Positions 1 through 12,099 of a stretch of 64,000 nt of DNA are shown piece after piece. Origin of the DNA: Camelus dromedarius (Eukaryota). Each line of letters begins with the position of its first letter. The first letter of the stretch is position 1. The notes under the pieces were generated by a model. That model was not told the DNA's origin. It did no database searches and was given only the letters and a program-made list of their open reading frames with translations. The DNA lies in the NCBI RefSeq assembly GCF_036321535.1, contig NC_087436.1, forward strand, positions 33,358,001 to 33,422,000. The letters run 5' to 3'. Made by a program: the position numbers and the translations under genes.

Positions 1-411
1 AAATCTTGATAAAAAAAATTTTAATCCCAGTATGTGGCATTGTAGTTAAAGTCTACTATAGCTCAAGTTGAGGAGCCATTTATGGAGATAAGTAGGTTAT
101 TTGTGCCCCATTTTTATTTTTCAAATTTAGTATTCTTAAAACAGTGAAATAAATATGAGAAAACAATTATAGGTTTTGAATAAGGTAGACATGTGGTACT
201 CAAAAATTTAATATTAATGGTTAATATTTTATGCCTTCTGAAGGTTGTTAATAGAGGTAATTTATAAATTTACTCAAACTTAATTTTTTTTAAATTCAAA
301 CCTACCTTTGGGTGGGAGAAATCAGGGGCTTGACGAGAAGTTCATCGTGGGCAAGTGATCCAGCTTGGCTGATTTGCCTCATGGCAGACAACGCAATTCT
401 CTTGTTCTTTG

Positions 412-620
412 TATTAGTTACGTATAGCTTTATAACAAATTACCCTAAAAATTAGCTGATTAACACATTAAACTTTGTTATCTGAAAATTTCTGTGGACT
501 AGGGAAAGCATGGCCTCGCTGGCTACCTCTGTCTCAGGGTCTCTCATGAGGCTGCAGTCATCCCTGGGGCTGACGGCAGTCCTCGGTCCTTGTTGACTAC
601 TGGCTGGAGACGTTCATGTG
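412..620 (-). mobile_element. MaLR LTR fragment (MLT1-like)
   Basis: tattagtta...ataacaaattaccctaaaa...ctcagggtctctcatgaggctgcagtca resembles the reverse strand of an MLT1 LTR 3' end (recalled consensus). Confidence 0.65.
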
Positions 621-1199
621 AACTTATTCAGAATTTTCCATTGCTAATACTATAGCAGTCTTGAGCATAATAACTGATACTGTTAAAAAGAAAATAAGTT
701 AGTCATGGAAACACTGGTAACTTTGATAAAACTAAATTTTATTTAATATCTATTAGTGTTCTCAACACACTGGATATTTATTTCACTTTACTCAGGGTCA
801 TTTGTGAAGATTAAATGAGATCATTGATGATAGTCCCAACTCAAATAGGGAAAATGTTGCTTAGCGCCATGAAATGGCTTTATCTGAGGTCACTAGTTAA
901 TGAGGATTAAAAATTTTCTGACTTAAACTTGAACTCTTCCATGGTTTTGCGAAAGTGCCAATAAATCCTTAACAAACTTACAATTCATACTTTACAAATG
1001 TAAATATGATATTAGTATTAAGTTTCTGTGAAAGTTCTATGCAAAATAAAATGATCTAAATGGAGTTAGAATGCATAAAAATTTAACTTGTGTCTCAAAA
1101 CTTGACAAATGTGATTTGTAACTTCAAGGATGTCTTCAGTCTTGCCTTTGTACATATATACCAAAAAATAGAATAAAGCATTGCTTTCGCCTATGGAAA

Positions 1200-3100
1200 T
1201 TTTAAATATATAGATTTAAACTAGAATAGTGTAAGGCACCCCTATGTATCACCTAATACCCAACTTTAACAACTATCAGTATTATACCATTCTAGTTTTA
1301 TCTGCACCATCCCCCAGCCCACCCCAGCCACTTAATTATTATTCGTAGTTTTTAAGGTGACATGTATGTACATTGAAATGTAACACACAAATCTGTCAAG
1401 ATACAGATTTTTTTTTTTACCCTAGAAATTTTCTTCTTCTCCTTCCCCAGTCAGTACTGTCTCCCCTGCTATTCTAATCATTTCTCCCCCTAGATTATCT
1501 TTACTCATTCTAGCCCTTCATATAAAGGGAATCATACAGAATGTGCTCTTTTATATCTGGTTTCTTTCTCCCAGTATGTATTTCATCTGTGTCTTTTTTC
1601 CTCTTTAATGCAATTTACCCAAGTTTATTTATATATAATTGACACATAACATTGTGTAAGTTTAAGATGCACAATGTGATGATTTGATACACATATATAT
1701 TGCAAAACGTTTACCAGAAAAAGGCTAGTTAACACATTCATCACCTCACATAGTTACCGTTTTATGTTTTTTTTCTGATGAGGACTTTTACTATCTACTC
1801 CCTTAGCAGTTTTCAAGTTTACAATATAGTATTGTTACCTGAAGTTTGTTAACATCTGTATCATTTTTTTTTACATCATTGTAAAATGATATTTATTCCT
1901 TTCTATTGCCAAGTAGTACTCCACTATGTGAATACAGAACAATTTGTTCATCTATTTGTTTATATATTTTCTTACTGATAGGTTGTTTCCAGGTTTTGAC
2001 TGTTTTGAGCAAATCTGATATGAACATTATATAATCTATTTCTGTAGATTTATATATTCATATCCCTTAGGTAACTAGCTAGGAGTTGAATTTCTAGACA
2101 AAGGGTAGTTATATATATAATTTTATATGAAATTGTCAAAACTTGTGTCAGAATAGTTGTGCTATTTTATATTTCCACCAGTATTTTCACTTGATCTACA
2201 TCCTCACCAACACTTGGATTTTCCATTTTTCTTTGTATTCTATTATATTTTAGCCATTCTAGTGACTACATAGTGCTGTCTCATTGATACTTAGTTTTCA
2301 TTTGTCTGATTGCTAGTGATGTTGAGTATTTTTTAATATGCATATATCTTCCTTTGTGAAATGTAGTTCAGGTGTTTTGTCCATTATATTAAGGTGTTTA
2401 CTTTTTGAATTATGAAATTCCTTTTTATTTTATATATAATTCTTTTATCAGATATGTGTTTTTCAAATATTTTTTCTCACTGTGGCTTGCCTGTCAATTT
2501 TCTTAAAGGACAGTTTTTGCTGAGCAGATGTTTTAATTTTGATGAAGTCTAATTTATTATTTTTCTCTTCTATAACTATTGTTTTCTGTATCTAGGAAAT
2601 TGTTGCCTAGTCCAGGTAAAGAGATAGTTACCTATGTTTTCTTCTAGAAATTTTATAGTTTCAGCTTTTACATTTAGATCTTTTTTTTGTATGGTGCGAG
2701 GTAAGGGTCAAAGTTAATTTTTTTTTCACACGTAGACAAATTTAGTGCTATTTGTTGTAAAGACTTTTCTTTCCTCATTTTGAATTGCTTTGGTGCTTTG
2801 TTTAAAATTAGTCATATTAGTGTGTTCATTGTTTGACCTCTACATTCTGTTCCATATATGTCTTGTCTTTTTGCCAGTAATGTATTTTTCTTTTTTACAT
2901 AGCCTTATAACAAGCATTAAAATCAGGTAGTATAAGTTCTCTAGTACTGTTCTTCTCCAAAAATTTTTTTGGTGTACTAGGTTCTCTATTTTTGTATAAA
3001 TCATAGAACCAGCTTGTTAATCTCTTTAAAATGCTTCCTGGAATTTACTGCAGTTAATGTGTGGGAAATAGATAATCAATATTGAATCTTCCATTTTGAT
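1200..3100 (-). mobile_element. Old LINE-1 (L1ME-like) 3' UTR and ORF2 3' remnant, interrupted by a younger L1 fragment
   Basis: T-rich antisense L1 motifs, e.g. tagccattctagtg...gtctcattg, tttgatgaagtctaattt, ttcttctagaaattttatagtttcagcttttacatttagatc. Confidence 0.75.
1622..1840 (-). mobile_element. Short 5'-truncated L1MA9-like 3' end nested in the older L1
   Basis: ataattgacacataacattgtgtaagtttaag...atcacctcacatagttac...ctactcccttagca matches the antisense L1MA8/9 terminus; a similar motif occurs at about 54445-54620. Confidence 0.7.
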
Positions 3101-3869
3101 AACTTTTTAAAACATTGTTTCTGACATAAGTGAATTTATTCATGTGTGGTCAAAGTCGTAATTTCTTAGGTACTGTCAAATCTAAACATAAAAACAATGA
3201 TACTAACAAGACAATCATGTGAATTTATTATTATTTGAATATATCAAATTTCATAAGTTTTAGAGGTAATTGGAATGAACATATCCTTCAATCAGATACA
3301 ATTTTCTTTCACGAAGGTTATGTCTAATTTGCAGTGAGGATGGAAGAGCAGTCACTATATGTATATAAAAAGTCTGCTTGAGCACACTGAAGTCTTGAGT
3401 GTTTTCTTTGCAACATATATGGATTTTCAGTCAATAGCTGTTTATAAAGAACTGAGTTTCTTTATCTGTTGCAGCATTATTCAAACTGATACTGAAAATA
3501 ATATATCTTGAAAGTACAGTTACTTCTTACATGATACCTGCAGAAATCATGCTCCTATTATTTTACACGAGAGATGATGTTGAAATTGGTGTGCTGATAA
3601 GTCTGTCCATACTTAGATTGTCCTAAGTTTTAAGAGTGTTTTTTGCTAAAGTGAGTGTATGGAACATCAAAGACATAAAATATTAGAACTACATGTATTT
3701 AATAAGGACATCAGAAGACATCTAAGAACATCAGAAAAAAAAATCCTTCAAGAAGAGTGCAGACCTTCATTTGAGAGAAACTTTCTATGAAATTGTTCTC
3801 ATAGAAGCAAATGCTCAAGTCCAGGAGTTGAAAGAGAAATCTTGCCCTAGTCTGTCTTTGCTTTTTTCC

Positions 3870-4012
3870 TTACTTTTTCCATTACCTGCTTCTCACCTTC
3901 CTAAATTCTTACTGTTGAAGTGTCCCATAGCTCAGTCCCTGGATTCTCTCCTTTGTATTTTCACCCAGTCCCATGGCTTTACATACCTTCTTCACTCTGG
4001 CAGCTCCCAGTT
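3870..4012 (+). mobile_element. L2 LINE fragment
   Basis: gtgtcccatagctcagtccctggattctctc...cagtcccatggctttacatacc resembles the L2 core. Confidence 0.55.
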
Positions 4013-4019
4013 TTAACTT

Positions 4020-5830
4020 ACTTCATTTTATTTGATGGTATTTTATTTTACTTTTTGCTTAAAGTTTACAATATACATTGTAACTTAGTCTACCTCCAAA
4101 TAATTATATACCACCTTACGTGTGATCTAAGAAACACCTGTATCCTTTTCTCCTTTCCTATCCTTTGTACTGTTGTCAGACATTTTGCATCTCATATATT
4201 AAAAGCTACCCAATTAACTTTTAATTTTACACTAAACTACATTATCTTTGCATAGATTTAAACATATGAGAATTCTTCTATACGTACCTATATATTTAAC
4301 CTTTCTGGTGGTCTTCATTCCTTTGAGAAAGTCCAAGTTTTCGTCTGACGTATTCCTTCTGCGTAAGTAACTTCTTTAACATCTCTTTTTAATAAAACCT
4401 ACTGTACATAAGTTCTCTCAACTTTTGTTTTTCTGGGAGTATTTATCTAACCTTGGTTTTTGAATGATTTGCTTTTCTGCTGAGCACAGATTTATAATTT
4501 GATAGTTTTTTCCTTTCAGTTATTTAAAGATGTGACTTTTTTTTCCAGCAAAAAGTCTCCTATTTTTTTTTTTTTACCTGTTTTCCTATATACACAGTGT
4601 TATTCTGTTGCTTTACAGGTATATCTGTATCTTTGGTTTTAAGTGATTTCACTGTGATAGGACTCAAGAGTTGTTTCATTTAAGAGTATTACACTTGGAT
4701 TTTGTTGTGCTATTTGAAAGTACAGGTTTAAATTTTTCCTCAAATTATTAAACTTTTGGTCTTCATTTCTTCAACTATTTTTCAGTTGCACTCTTGTTCT
4801 AGAAATTCAGTTACAAGTATTAATTTTATTGCAGTTGATAATAGCCCATAGGTCCCTGATAAACTGTTCATACTCTAGTCAACCTCTATCCTCTCTGGGC
4901 ATTATTTGGATTAGTTGCAATGGCAGTGTCTCTAAGTTCACTGATCTTTCTACAATGTCTAATTTGCTCTTAATCACATCCAGTATATTCTTCACATGCT
5001 GTATTTTTCACCTCCATAAGTTTTATTTGGGCTCTTTTTATATATTTCATTTCTTTTATTATTACGTTCAGTATTTCTATGTCCTTTTTGATCATATGGA
5101 ACAAATTTGTAATAGCTGTTTTAATTCCTTTTCCTCCTATTTCCATCATCTTTGTCATTTCTGGTTTTGTTTTGATTGTTTGAGTCTTTTTCCTCTGGAT
5201 TACGTTTCTGTACATGAATGGTAATATTTAATTGCATGGCAAACACTGTAAATTTAAGATGTTGGGTACTGGATTTTATTTATTTCTTTAAATAATTTTA
5301 GATTTTTTTTCTGGAATGCAGTTAAGTTACTTGAAATCAGTTTGACCCTTTCATGACTTGTCTGTTATCTTTAAGATGAGCTTAGAACCACCTTTAGTCT
5401 GAGGCAGACTTAGCTGGGCTGTTAAGGTGATGCCCTTCTGAGAACCCTACCTCATGCCTCATGTATTGGAAAATCTTTCTGTTCTGACTGTCGGAGAAAC
5501 AAGTTATTCTCTACCGTACTGAACTCCTTATTCAGCTTTTTTTCCCCAGTGGTACTTTGGATATTTTTCTCTCAGGTGAATGTAAGTGAGTACTCCACCA
5601 AATGCTTGAGGGGACCCCTCTGCAGATTCCTGGATCTCTCACTGTCTCTGTAGTCCCCCACTCTTTTGCCACACAAATCCTCGTCACGATCGTCACACCT
5701 CTGATCTCGTTTTCCTCTGACTGAGGAGACCACTGGGCAGCACTTGGTTACTCCCTTTCTCTTCTGTAATCTGGAAACTTCCCCCAAACAATAAACTGAG
5801 GCTTCATATTTCTTTGAATAACTTGCTGTG
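4020..5830 (-). mobile_element. Old LINE-1 5' portion (decayed ORF1 and 5' UTR)
   Basis: Minus-strand ORF 4970..5215 (KPEMTKMMEIGGKGIKTAITNLFHMIKK...EMKYIKRAQIKLMEVKNT) resembles the L1M ORF1p N-terminal coiled-coil region; flanks carry antisense L1 motifs. Confidence 0.7.
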
Positions 5831-5984
5831 TGAGAAACAATTGAATGTTGATAATTCTCAACTTGGTTAGGCACAATATTCTAAAGCTGACAAAAAAGGA
5901 TCATAAATTATTTTAAGGGTTATTAGTAATAGGCCCTATAAGACAGAAAAGAATATGAGTTAAAATTATTTGAAAAATACTGAA

Positions 5985-6390
5985 TGTAGAGTGATGGTAA
6001 TGACTCTACCTTGATAGAATTTTGGAATGTACATATTGTCAAAACTTAAGCAAATGTACAATTCAGATTTCTGCATTTATTGGTTGTAAGTTTTATGTAA
6101 AATAAAAATTTTATGCATAGTATGGAATTATAGTTGACAGTATGCATGCTGAAATATTTAGAGACAAGCTGCATATACCTGCAGTTTACATACCTGGACA
6201 AGACCTTCAGTTTACATAGCATCAAAAACTAAGATTGATGGGTGAATGGACAGATGAAGAAATATGTGATGAAACAAATTAGTAAAATGTTAATGGCAGA
6301 TAGCATAGATGAAGAATTTAAGGATGTTCCCTCTAAAATTCTTTTGACTTGCTGTGTGGTGGAAATTTATTCATAAGGAAATGTTGAATA
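5985..6390 (+). mobile_element. L1MC4-like 3' end
   Basis: gtatgcatgctgaaatatttag...agtaaaatgttaatggcaga...aaaattctttt...ataaggaaatgttg matches the recalled L1MC4 3' terminus. Confidence 0.65.
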
Positions 6391-6989
6391 AGTTGATCGA
6401 ATGTATACATATTTCTTGCACAGAAAAATATGGCAAAATGGGGTAAGAAATAAAATATCAGGAGCCAAGAAAGCAGGAGCCAGACAACCAAAGATTTCCT
6501 GACATGCTTCTTTTATTTTAAAATATTTCACAGATCTATGAAGTGAAAATTAGCCAAGACTCAGGGGAAAATTTGTGGGTGTTTGCGGGTGTTCGCAGGA
6601 ACTTATGAATACCACTGAACATCTGCAAAAATATTTTCTATTCACAATGCACTATTCACAGATACTTTTTCAATGGACAAGACAGCTTGCAAAAGCTAGT
6701 AAGAACCAAGCTGTATGAAGGGAAATTCTTGGCCCATACATGCTTTAGTCTTTTCTGAATACAATGTGGCTAAATAATTCTACTTACTATATTTCTGAAT
6801 ATGTTGGTACAGTGTAATGCATACTTTCCCATCTGGAACTGTGCACTATGGAAAAAAAAAAGACTAAAAGAAATGAGTCATGTTATGTCGGAAATAGATA
6901 ATAAAACTTATATTTTCATTTTTTATTTGAACATCCCAGAAAATTTTAGATATAATAGTTTTATTTGTACAGAAACTTATGTAATTACA

Positions 6990-7200
6990 GATGGTAGTGG
7001 TTAACAGTCTTGGACAAGACACCTGATTGTGAGTCCTGGCCGTACACTTACTGGTCAAGAACCTTTCTACATCTTCAAGTTTCTTACTTATAAAATGTAT
7101 ATAATAATAGTAGTAATCTCCTAGAATTGTTTTGAGGGTTAAATAAGCATTTTATAACAGAGCCTGACACATAGTGAGTGCTCAGCAAATGTTATCCAGT
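6990..7200 (+). mobile_element. MIR SINE
   Basis: gtagtggttaa...agtttcttacttataaaatg...ataatagtagt...gttttgagggttaaataag...gcctgacacatagtgagtgctcagcaaatgtta is a canonical MIR core and 3' end. Confidence 0.8.
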
Positions 7201-9489
7201 GTTACTAAACCTAGGTTACAGCTAGAAAAATTAATAGGATAAATTCTTAACATATTCGGAGATCAATAGGACATAATAAACAACAGACCCAGAATTCTGG
7301 TTCTGCTGCCTCTTCTAACCATGGAAAGTATACTAAGATGAGATCCACAAGATCTTGGAAAATGAATAAATAAAAGCTAGTGCAGTGTCAGGTTGCTTAA
7401 AGGGTTCCCAAAGGCGTCCTCACACACAGCTTTTAAAGGTAACCCCAAGACCCCCTCCAGGGCATGGTTGGCTGACTGCTTTGGGATGGAGCTTAAATTT
7501 CACCAGCTCCTTTACTGCCTCTAGAGTCTCTTGTTCTAAGGTGATCTGCAGAACAATTATGTGGAGAAACATGAATGGCTGAAAAATTATTAGTTTGTTT
7601 TAGCATGAATATGCAGTGATTATTTTTCTCCAGAAAAAATAATGTACTTTGTGTTCTTAAAAAAATGCCAACCTTGCAAGACATCAATCCATAGAGAAAA
7701 ATGAAATGTTATTTAACCACAAGTATATTCCACCTACTAAGAGTCATTCATTATGAGTACAGTTTCTGAGGTGAAATTCTTGTCCTAGTGAAAAGTTCTA
7801 AAATTATTCTCGTCTCTGATCAGTACCCTGTGCGTAGAATACTGTTGCGTACTACATGAATTAGCAAAAGCGAATCCATACCCATGTCATAAACGTAAGT
7901 AGTCAGATGTCTTTCAGATTTCTTTGAAAAAATAATCAAAAGAAGATTGGAAATAATAAAATCTTGACTCATGGAATCATTGAAATTAGGTCCAGTGTTG
8001 GCTCAACACCGTCTTTTACTTATCTGGGTCCCAGATGCCCCGGCTGGAATCTTCCTGCACTACCTCTTTTGAACTGGAAATTCAGATTCGATTTGTGTGG
8101 ACACACATTCTGAAGAATTTTGACAAAGAAAGCTAACAGACCCTGTGTTGCTGAATGTTTTATTAATTTGTTAGTTACAATTTACACTGTAGCTCTCTGT
8201 ACTCTTTCCTCTCATATTGGGTCTGGCTTATTTTTTGATATTGAAGAAATGTCTGTTTCAGTTACAAAGAACACTTTTTTTTTTTTCACTCAACAAGAAT
8301 GTGTTTTAGAAGTGCAATAGGAAAGAATGTTGTCATGAGTTCTTGGGTACATTACTAATGATCTAATTGAATTTTAATAGAAGCAGCCTAGGGGTTATAT
8401 TGAAAACATATTTTTCACCCGTTTATATTTTTCATTCAAATGAAATCTGGTGATAAAATGCAGCAAAAAGATTCAGTCATACTGAGCGTCTATGCAGATA
8501 AGAACATCCACAATTCCTCTCCCTCTATCCCTTTATGTCCATAACAGTCCCAGGCAACCCCAGCCTCCAAATGTGTCGGTCAAATAAATCTTTATCTAAA
8601 TAATGTGAAAGCTTAGGCATACCACATCTTGCAAGCACTAAGTTTGTGTTTATTTCTACAATAAAAGAATCTTTGATCTCTTTTACTTACCATGGAAAAA
8701 TGCTGAACTAAAACTACTTAAGAACAAAACAGTTTATATGCCCTCTTCCTTACAACAAGAAACAAAATGACAGTATAATTCATAACTTAATATGCCGAGT
8801 TTTCAGAAAAATAATTAGGTAATTCTTTGCCCTTATTATAAGCAATTGTGAAATTGGTATCAGGGTCTTTGTCCACATGCTAATCAAAGGCACCATCACA
8901 AGGTACAATGCATTGACTGGACAAGAAGTCGGCCTTTGCTGGTTGTCCAGGGACTCCTACCCAAGCATGTGGAATTTGTGAGAAGGAGGAAAAATTCGAA
9001 CAGTAAACTGAATACAGAAATGACATTTTCAAAGGCAATTGTCAAGATCAGAAAGGTGGTTGGTGTTGCAAGAGGGTGTTGGTTCTAAGAGATCCCGTCC
9101 AGAGTAGTTTCGCTAATTGAAAGCAGTTTTCTTTATGTTTATGCTTCCCATGGGGTGGAAACCCGGAAGCCCATGAAGTCAACCAGAGACTGCCCTCAGT
9201 CAATAGGGCCATAAAGGGGAGGATACAGCACACTAAGGAAAGATAAGTTAAAAGAGAAGCTACAAGGAAGGAGAAAAGTTTTTCCTCCTAAGGAGTGGGA
9301 TGTGGATTTTCAGAATGAGAAGCAGAATGAGTTGCAGGTCCCATGAACCTTTAGGCATAATTCTGCAGAGACCATTCTGAGAAACAATGTTAAGAACTCT
9401 TAATGAGGGATACTTTATCTTAGTCTCAGGATCCATAAACATTTCTTCTTATGTTGGTGTATATGAAATTTGAAAAAATTAAATGTAGG

Positions 9490-9880
9490 CTTACAGGAGA
9501 CAGGAGTTATGTTTAGCCTTATTTAAAGAGGTTTGGGTAGGGCTAAGGGACCCAATAAAGGATGTTGAGACACCAAGGAAACAGTAACAATGGAAAGCCG
9601 TTACTACACCAAGACTAAAATGATGACACAAGGAAACAGGTTACTAGAGCACATGAAAGTGCAGGCCATTAAAGGGAACCCTCATGACTTCATCTCCTAT
9701 TATCCTCTCTTACCCTCTGACAAAACTTTCATTGGCTGAACCCACCTAGAAGTCCAAAGGTAGTGAAACGAGAGAAGTAGTCTTTAAGCTTATATCTCCT
9801 TCTCATCTCAAGTCACAGGGCAGGCCAGGAGCAAAAGGGGGAGAATGAATCAGGGGGAAAATGAAGAATTAAATATTACA
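9490..9880 (-). mobile_element. LTR33-like ERVL solo LTR remnant
   Basis: cattggctgaacccacctagaagtccaaagg...cacagggcagg...ggagaatgaatcagggggaaaatgaagaat...aca resembles antisense LTR33. Confidence 0.55.
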
Positions 9881-10027
9881 GTAATAGAGAATAAAAGAGA
9901 TCAGGATTAATAGAAACATTTTACTCCAAATTCTAGGATCCTCAAATGTGTTAAGAGTCACAGTGGGGTATGTGGAGGAAGTATTATCAGATAAGGCTGA
10001 CTAAAAATAATGTTTTTCTCTCTAGGT

Positions 10028-10400
10028 TCTTGACCTAAAAAAAAAAAAAAAAAAGGAGACTGCCAGTTATTTCTCCAGCAAAAATGGGTTTATTGGGGAT
10101 AAACAGAGTATCAGTTCAGGGTCTGCAACCATGAAAATCCCCATGCAAGTCCTCAGCAAAAATGAAGAGAACTCTTTCATACAGAGGAAAAGGGAGTTGG
10201 GAGAACTCGAGTAACCAGGGTCCATGGCTCTTCCTGGATGAGCTGTGACTGCTCTCACTGGCTGAACTCTTGCCAGGCATGAAGAGGGAGTCTTTCTTCT
10301 TCCTGTTGGGTTCTGCTGGCATGAAAGGGCGTAAGAGCACCCCCTTTCTGGTCTCCCAACTCTTATTGAGGTTTCTCTTACTAAAAAAATTTTTTTTACA
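10028..10400 (-). mobile_element. ERV1-class solo LTR (373 bp) with 4-bp target-site duplication AGGT
   Basis: The minus strand begins TGTAAAA at 10400 and ends GGTCAAGA (expected CA mutated). AATAAA on minus at 10089-10094 and a TATA-like TATGAAAG near 10180. AGGT flanks both sides, at 10024-10027 and 10401-10404. Confidence 0.8.
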
Positions 10401-10460
10401 AGGTTAGACCTGTTCGAGAGAAAGAATGCCTTAGGGATTATTATTGAAGCCCCAGTTTCT

Positions 10461-10525
10461 TCTGAAGACGAATGGAGAGTGGTTGGAGAATCTGAAGACG
10501 AATGGAGAGTGGTTGGAGAATCTGA
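10461..10525. repeat. Perfect 30-bp tandem duplication
   Basis: tctgaagacgaatggagagtggttggagaa at 10461-10490 and 10491-10520, followed by tctga. Confidence 0.97.
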
Positions 10526-11002
10526 TAAATTTAGAAATCTTGGCAAATTTTAAAAAAATTCTAGAAAATTTTGAAAAACTATATAAAATGTCTAAGTTAA
10601 CAATTTGCCATGAAGAGATAAGGTTGAAATCTTTGGCTGACAGGTGTTCTTTTGCTCTGATGCTTATGTGGAATGTATTTTTTCCTAACCACAGGTAAAC
10701 TCAGATTCAGAAATCTCTCACTATTCTTTCGACCTGCCCCATATAGACAACCAAAGATCTTTTGGGGATTGAGTGTGTATTTATTATAGGATGTTCCGTA
10801 AGTCAAACATCTTACAAATTTGTCTTTCGATTGTCACTAGAATCTCAGACTGACTTTGTCAGGGAAGCCTTGATATAGGTCCACTGGGATTGATGTTGGA
10901 GCTGTGAGAGAAGCAGGCTTGAAAGAGTTATCAAGACACCAGGAAAGCAAATCCCCTGAATATTTCACATCTTAATCTGAGTTTTCTTCAAGAGGATATG
11001 TA

Positions 11003-11730
11003 TGTTTTGGTATAATTAAAAAAAAATAAATACTTGGTCTTTTCCCCTTTTAGGCACAGAGCTCCTAAAAGCCCTGGAATTCTCTGAGTGGTGAGCTTTT
11101 GTGTGCTAATGATATGACTGTGCCTGGGGCCCCTAGACAGCCTCCGGCTGGAGGCTGCTCATCAGCAAGACTAAGCCTCGCTGAGCTGGTCAGAACTGCC
11201 AGTCCTACCCCTCACCTCCAGGTAGGGGAGGGGGACTAAAATTGAGGTTAATAACTGATAGATAATGATTTTTAGTTAATCATGCCTGTATAATGAAACC
11301 TCCACAAAAGCTCTGAACATTACTGTTCAGGGAGTTTGTGAGTTGGGGAGCCCATTTAGGATGACATACTCAGGGCACAACAGTTCTGCATTACCCCACC
11401 AGCCCATTCCTTGCCCTGTGCATCTTTTCCGTTTGACTGCTTCTGAGTTGTACCCTTTATAATAAACGAGAAAATGTAAGTAAAGTGCTTTTCGGAGTTC
11501 TATGAGTCTTTCCAGGGAATTACGGAAACAGAGTAGGGGTTTGTGGGAACTCCTGACTTACAGCCAGTTGGTCAGAATTACCTATGCCTCTGGCCTCCTC
11601 CTCCCATGGTGACAGGTGCCTGGAGCGGGGGCACTCATGGGATTGATCTCTTAACCTGTGGGGTGTGAATGATGTCAGAATTGAATTGTTGAACACCCAG
11701 TTGGTGTCAGTTCCACACAATTCGATGCCA
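11003..11730 (+). mobile_element. MER21-like solo LTR
   Basis: ggcacagagctcctaaaagccctggaatt, aatcatgcctgtataatgaaacctcca, ccttgccctgtgcatctttt, ccctttataataaa...gtaagtaaagtg and gtcagaattgaattg...cacccagttggtgtc are characteristic MER21 blocks. Confidence 0.8.
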
Positions 11731-11739
11731 GAATAACAG

Positions 11740-11830
11740 ATGTGCATATGTATAAATAATTATCAAAATATACACTTAAGATTAGTACACTTTACATGAT
11801 TAATATATGTATATTTTACTTTAATTAAAT
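11740..11830 (+). mobile_element. Old L1 3'-terminal fragment
   Basis: atcaaaatatacacttaagattagtacacttta...tatattttactttaattaaa resembles an L1M terminus. Confidence 0.5.
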
Positions 11831-12099
11831 TTTCCTTAAAAAGCTTACAACCAGCTGGTAATTAACCCTGTGATAATTTTTATAGATCTGTACCAACCTT
11901 TATATTCCAAGAACTGGGGAGTCTTAGGATCCATGTAATTTCATGAGAATTCTAGGAAATACAGACTCGTGCCCTGTATCATCAAAATTTATCTTAGAAA
12001 TAAGCCCAGAGACTCTATTCTAAAAACTAAGTTTTATCTTGTATGTAGGCTTTGGTGGATAAGTTCCTTGACTGAAACTTCTTGATCTTTGTTGATCCT

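Noticed and set aside
10461..10525. 30-bp repeat as a CRISPR-like array
   Set aside because: Two adjacent copies with no spacer, in mammalian DNA; it is a simple tandem duplication.
10067..10546. Longest ORF (159 aa, minus strand)
   Set aside because: It runs from unique flank across the tandem duplication into a solo LTR and has no coherent protein features.
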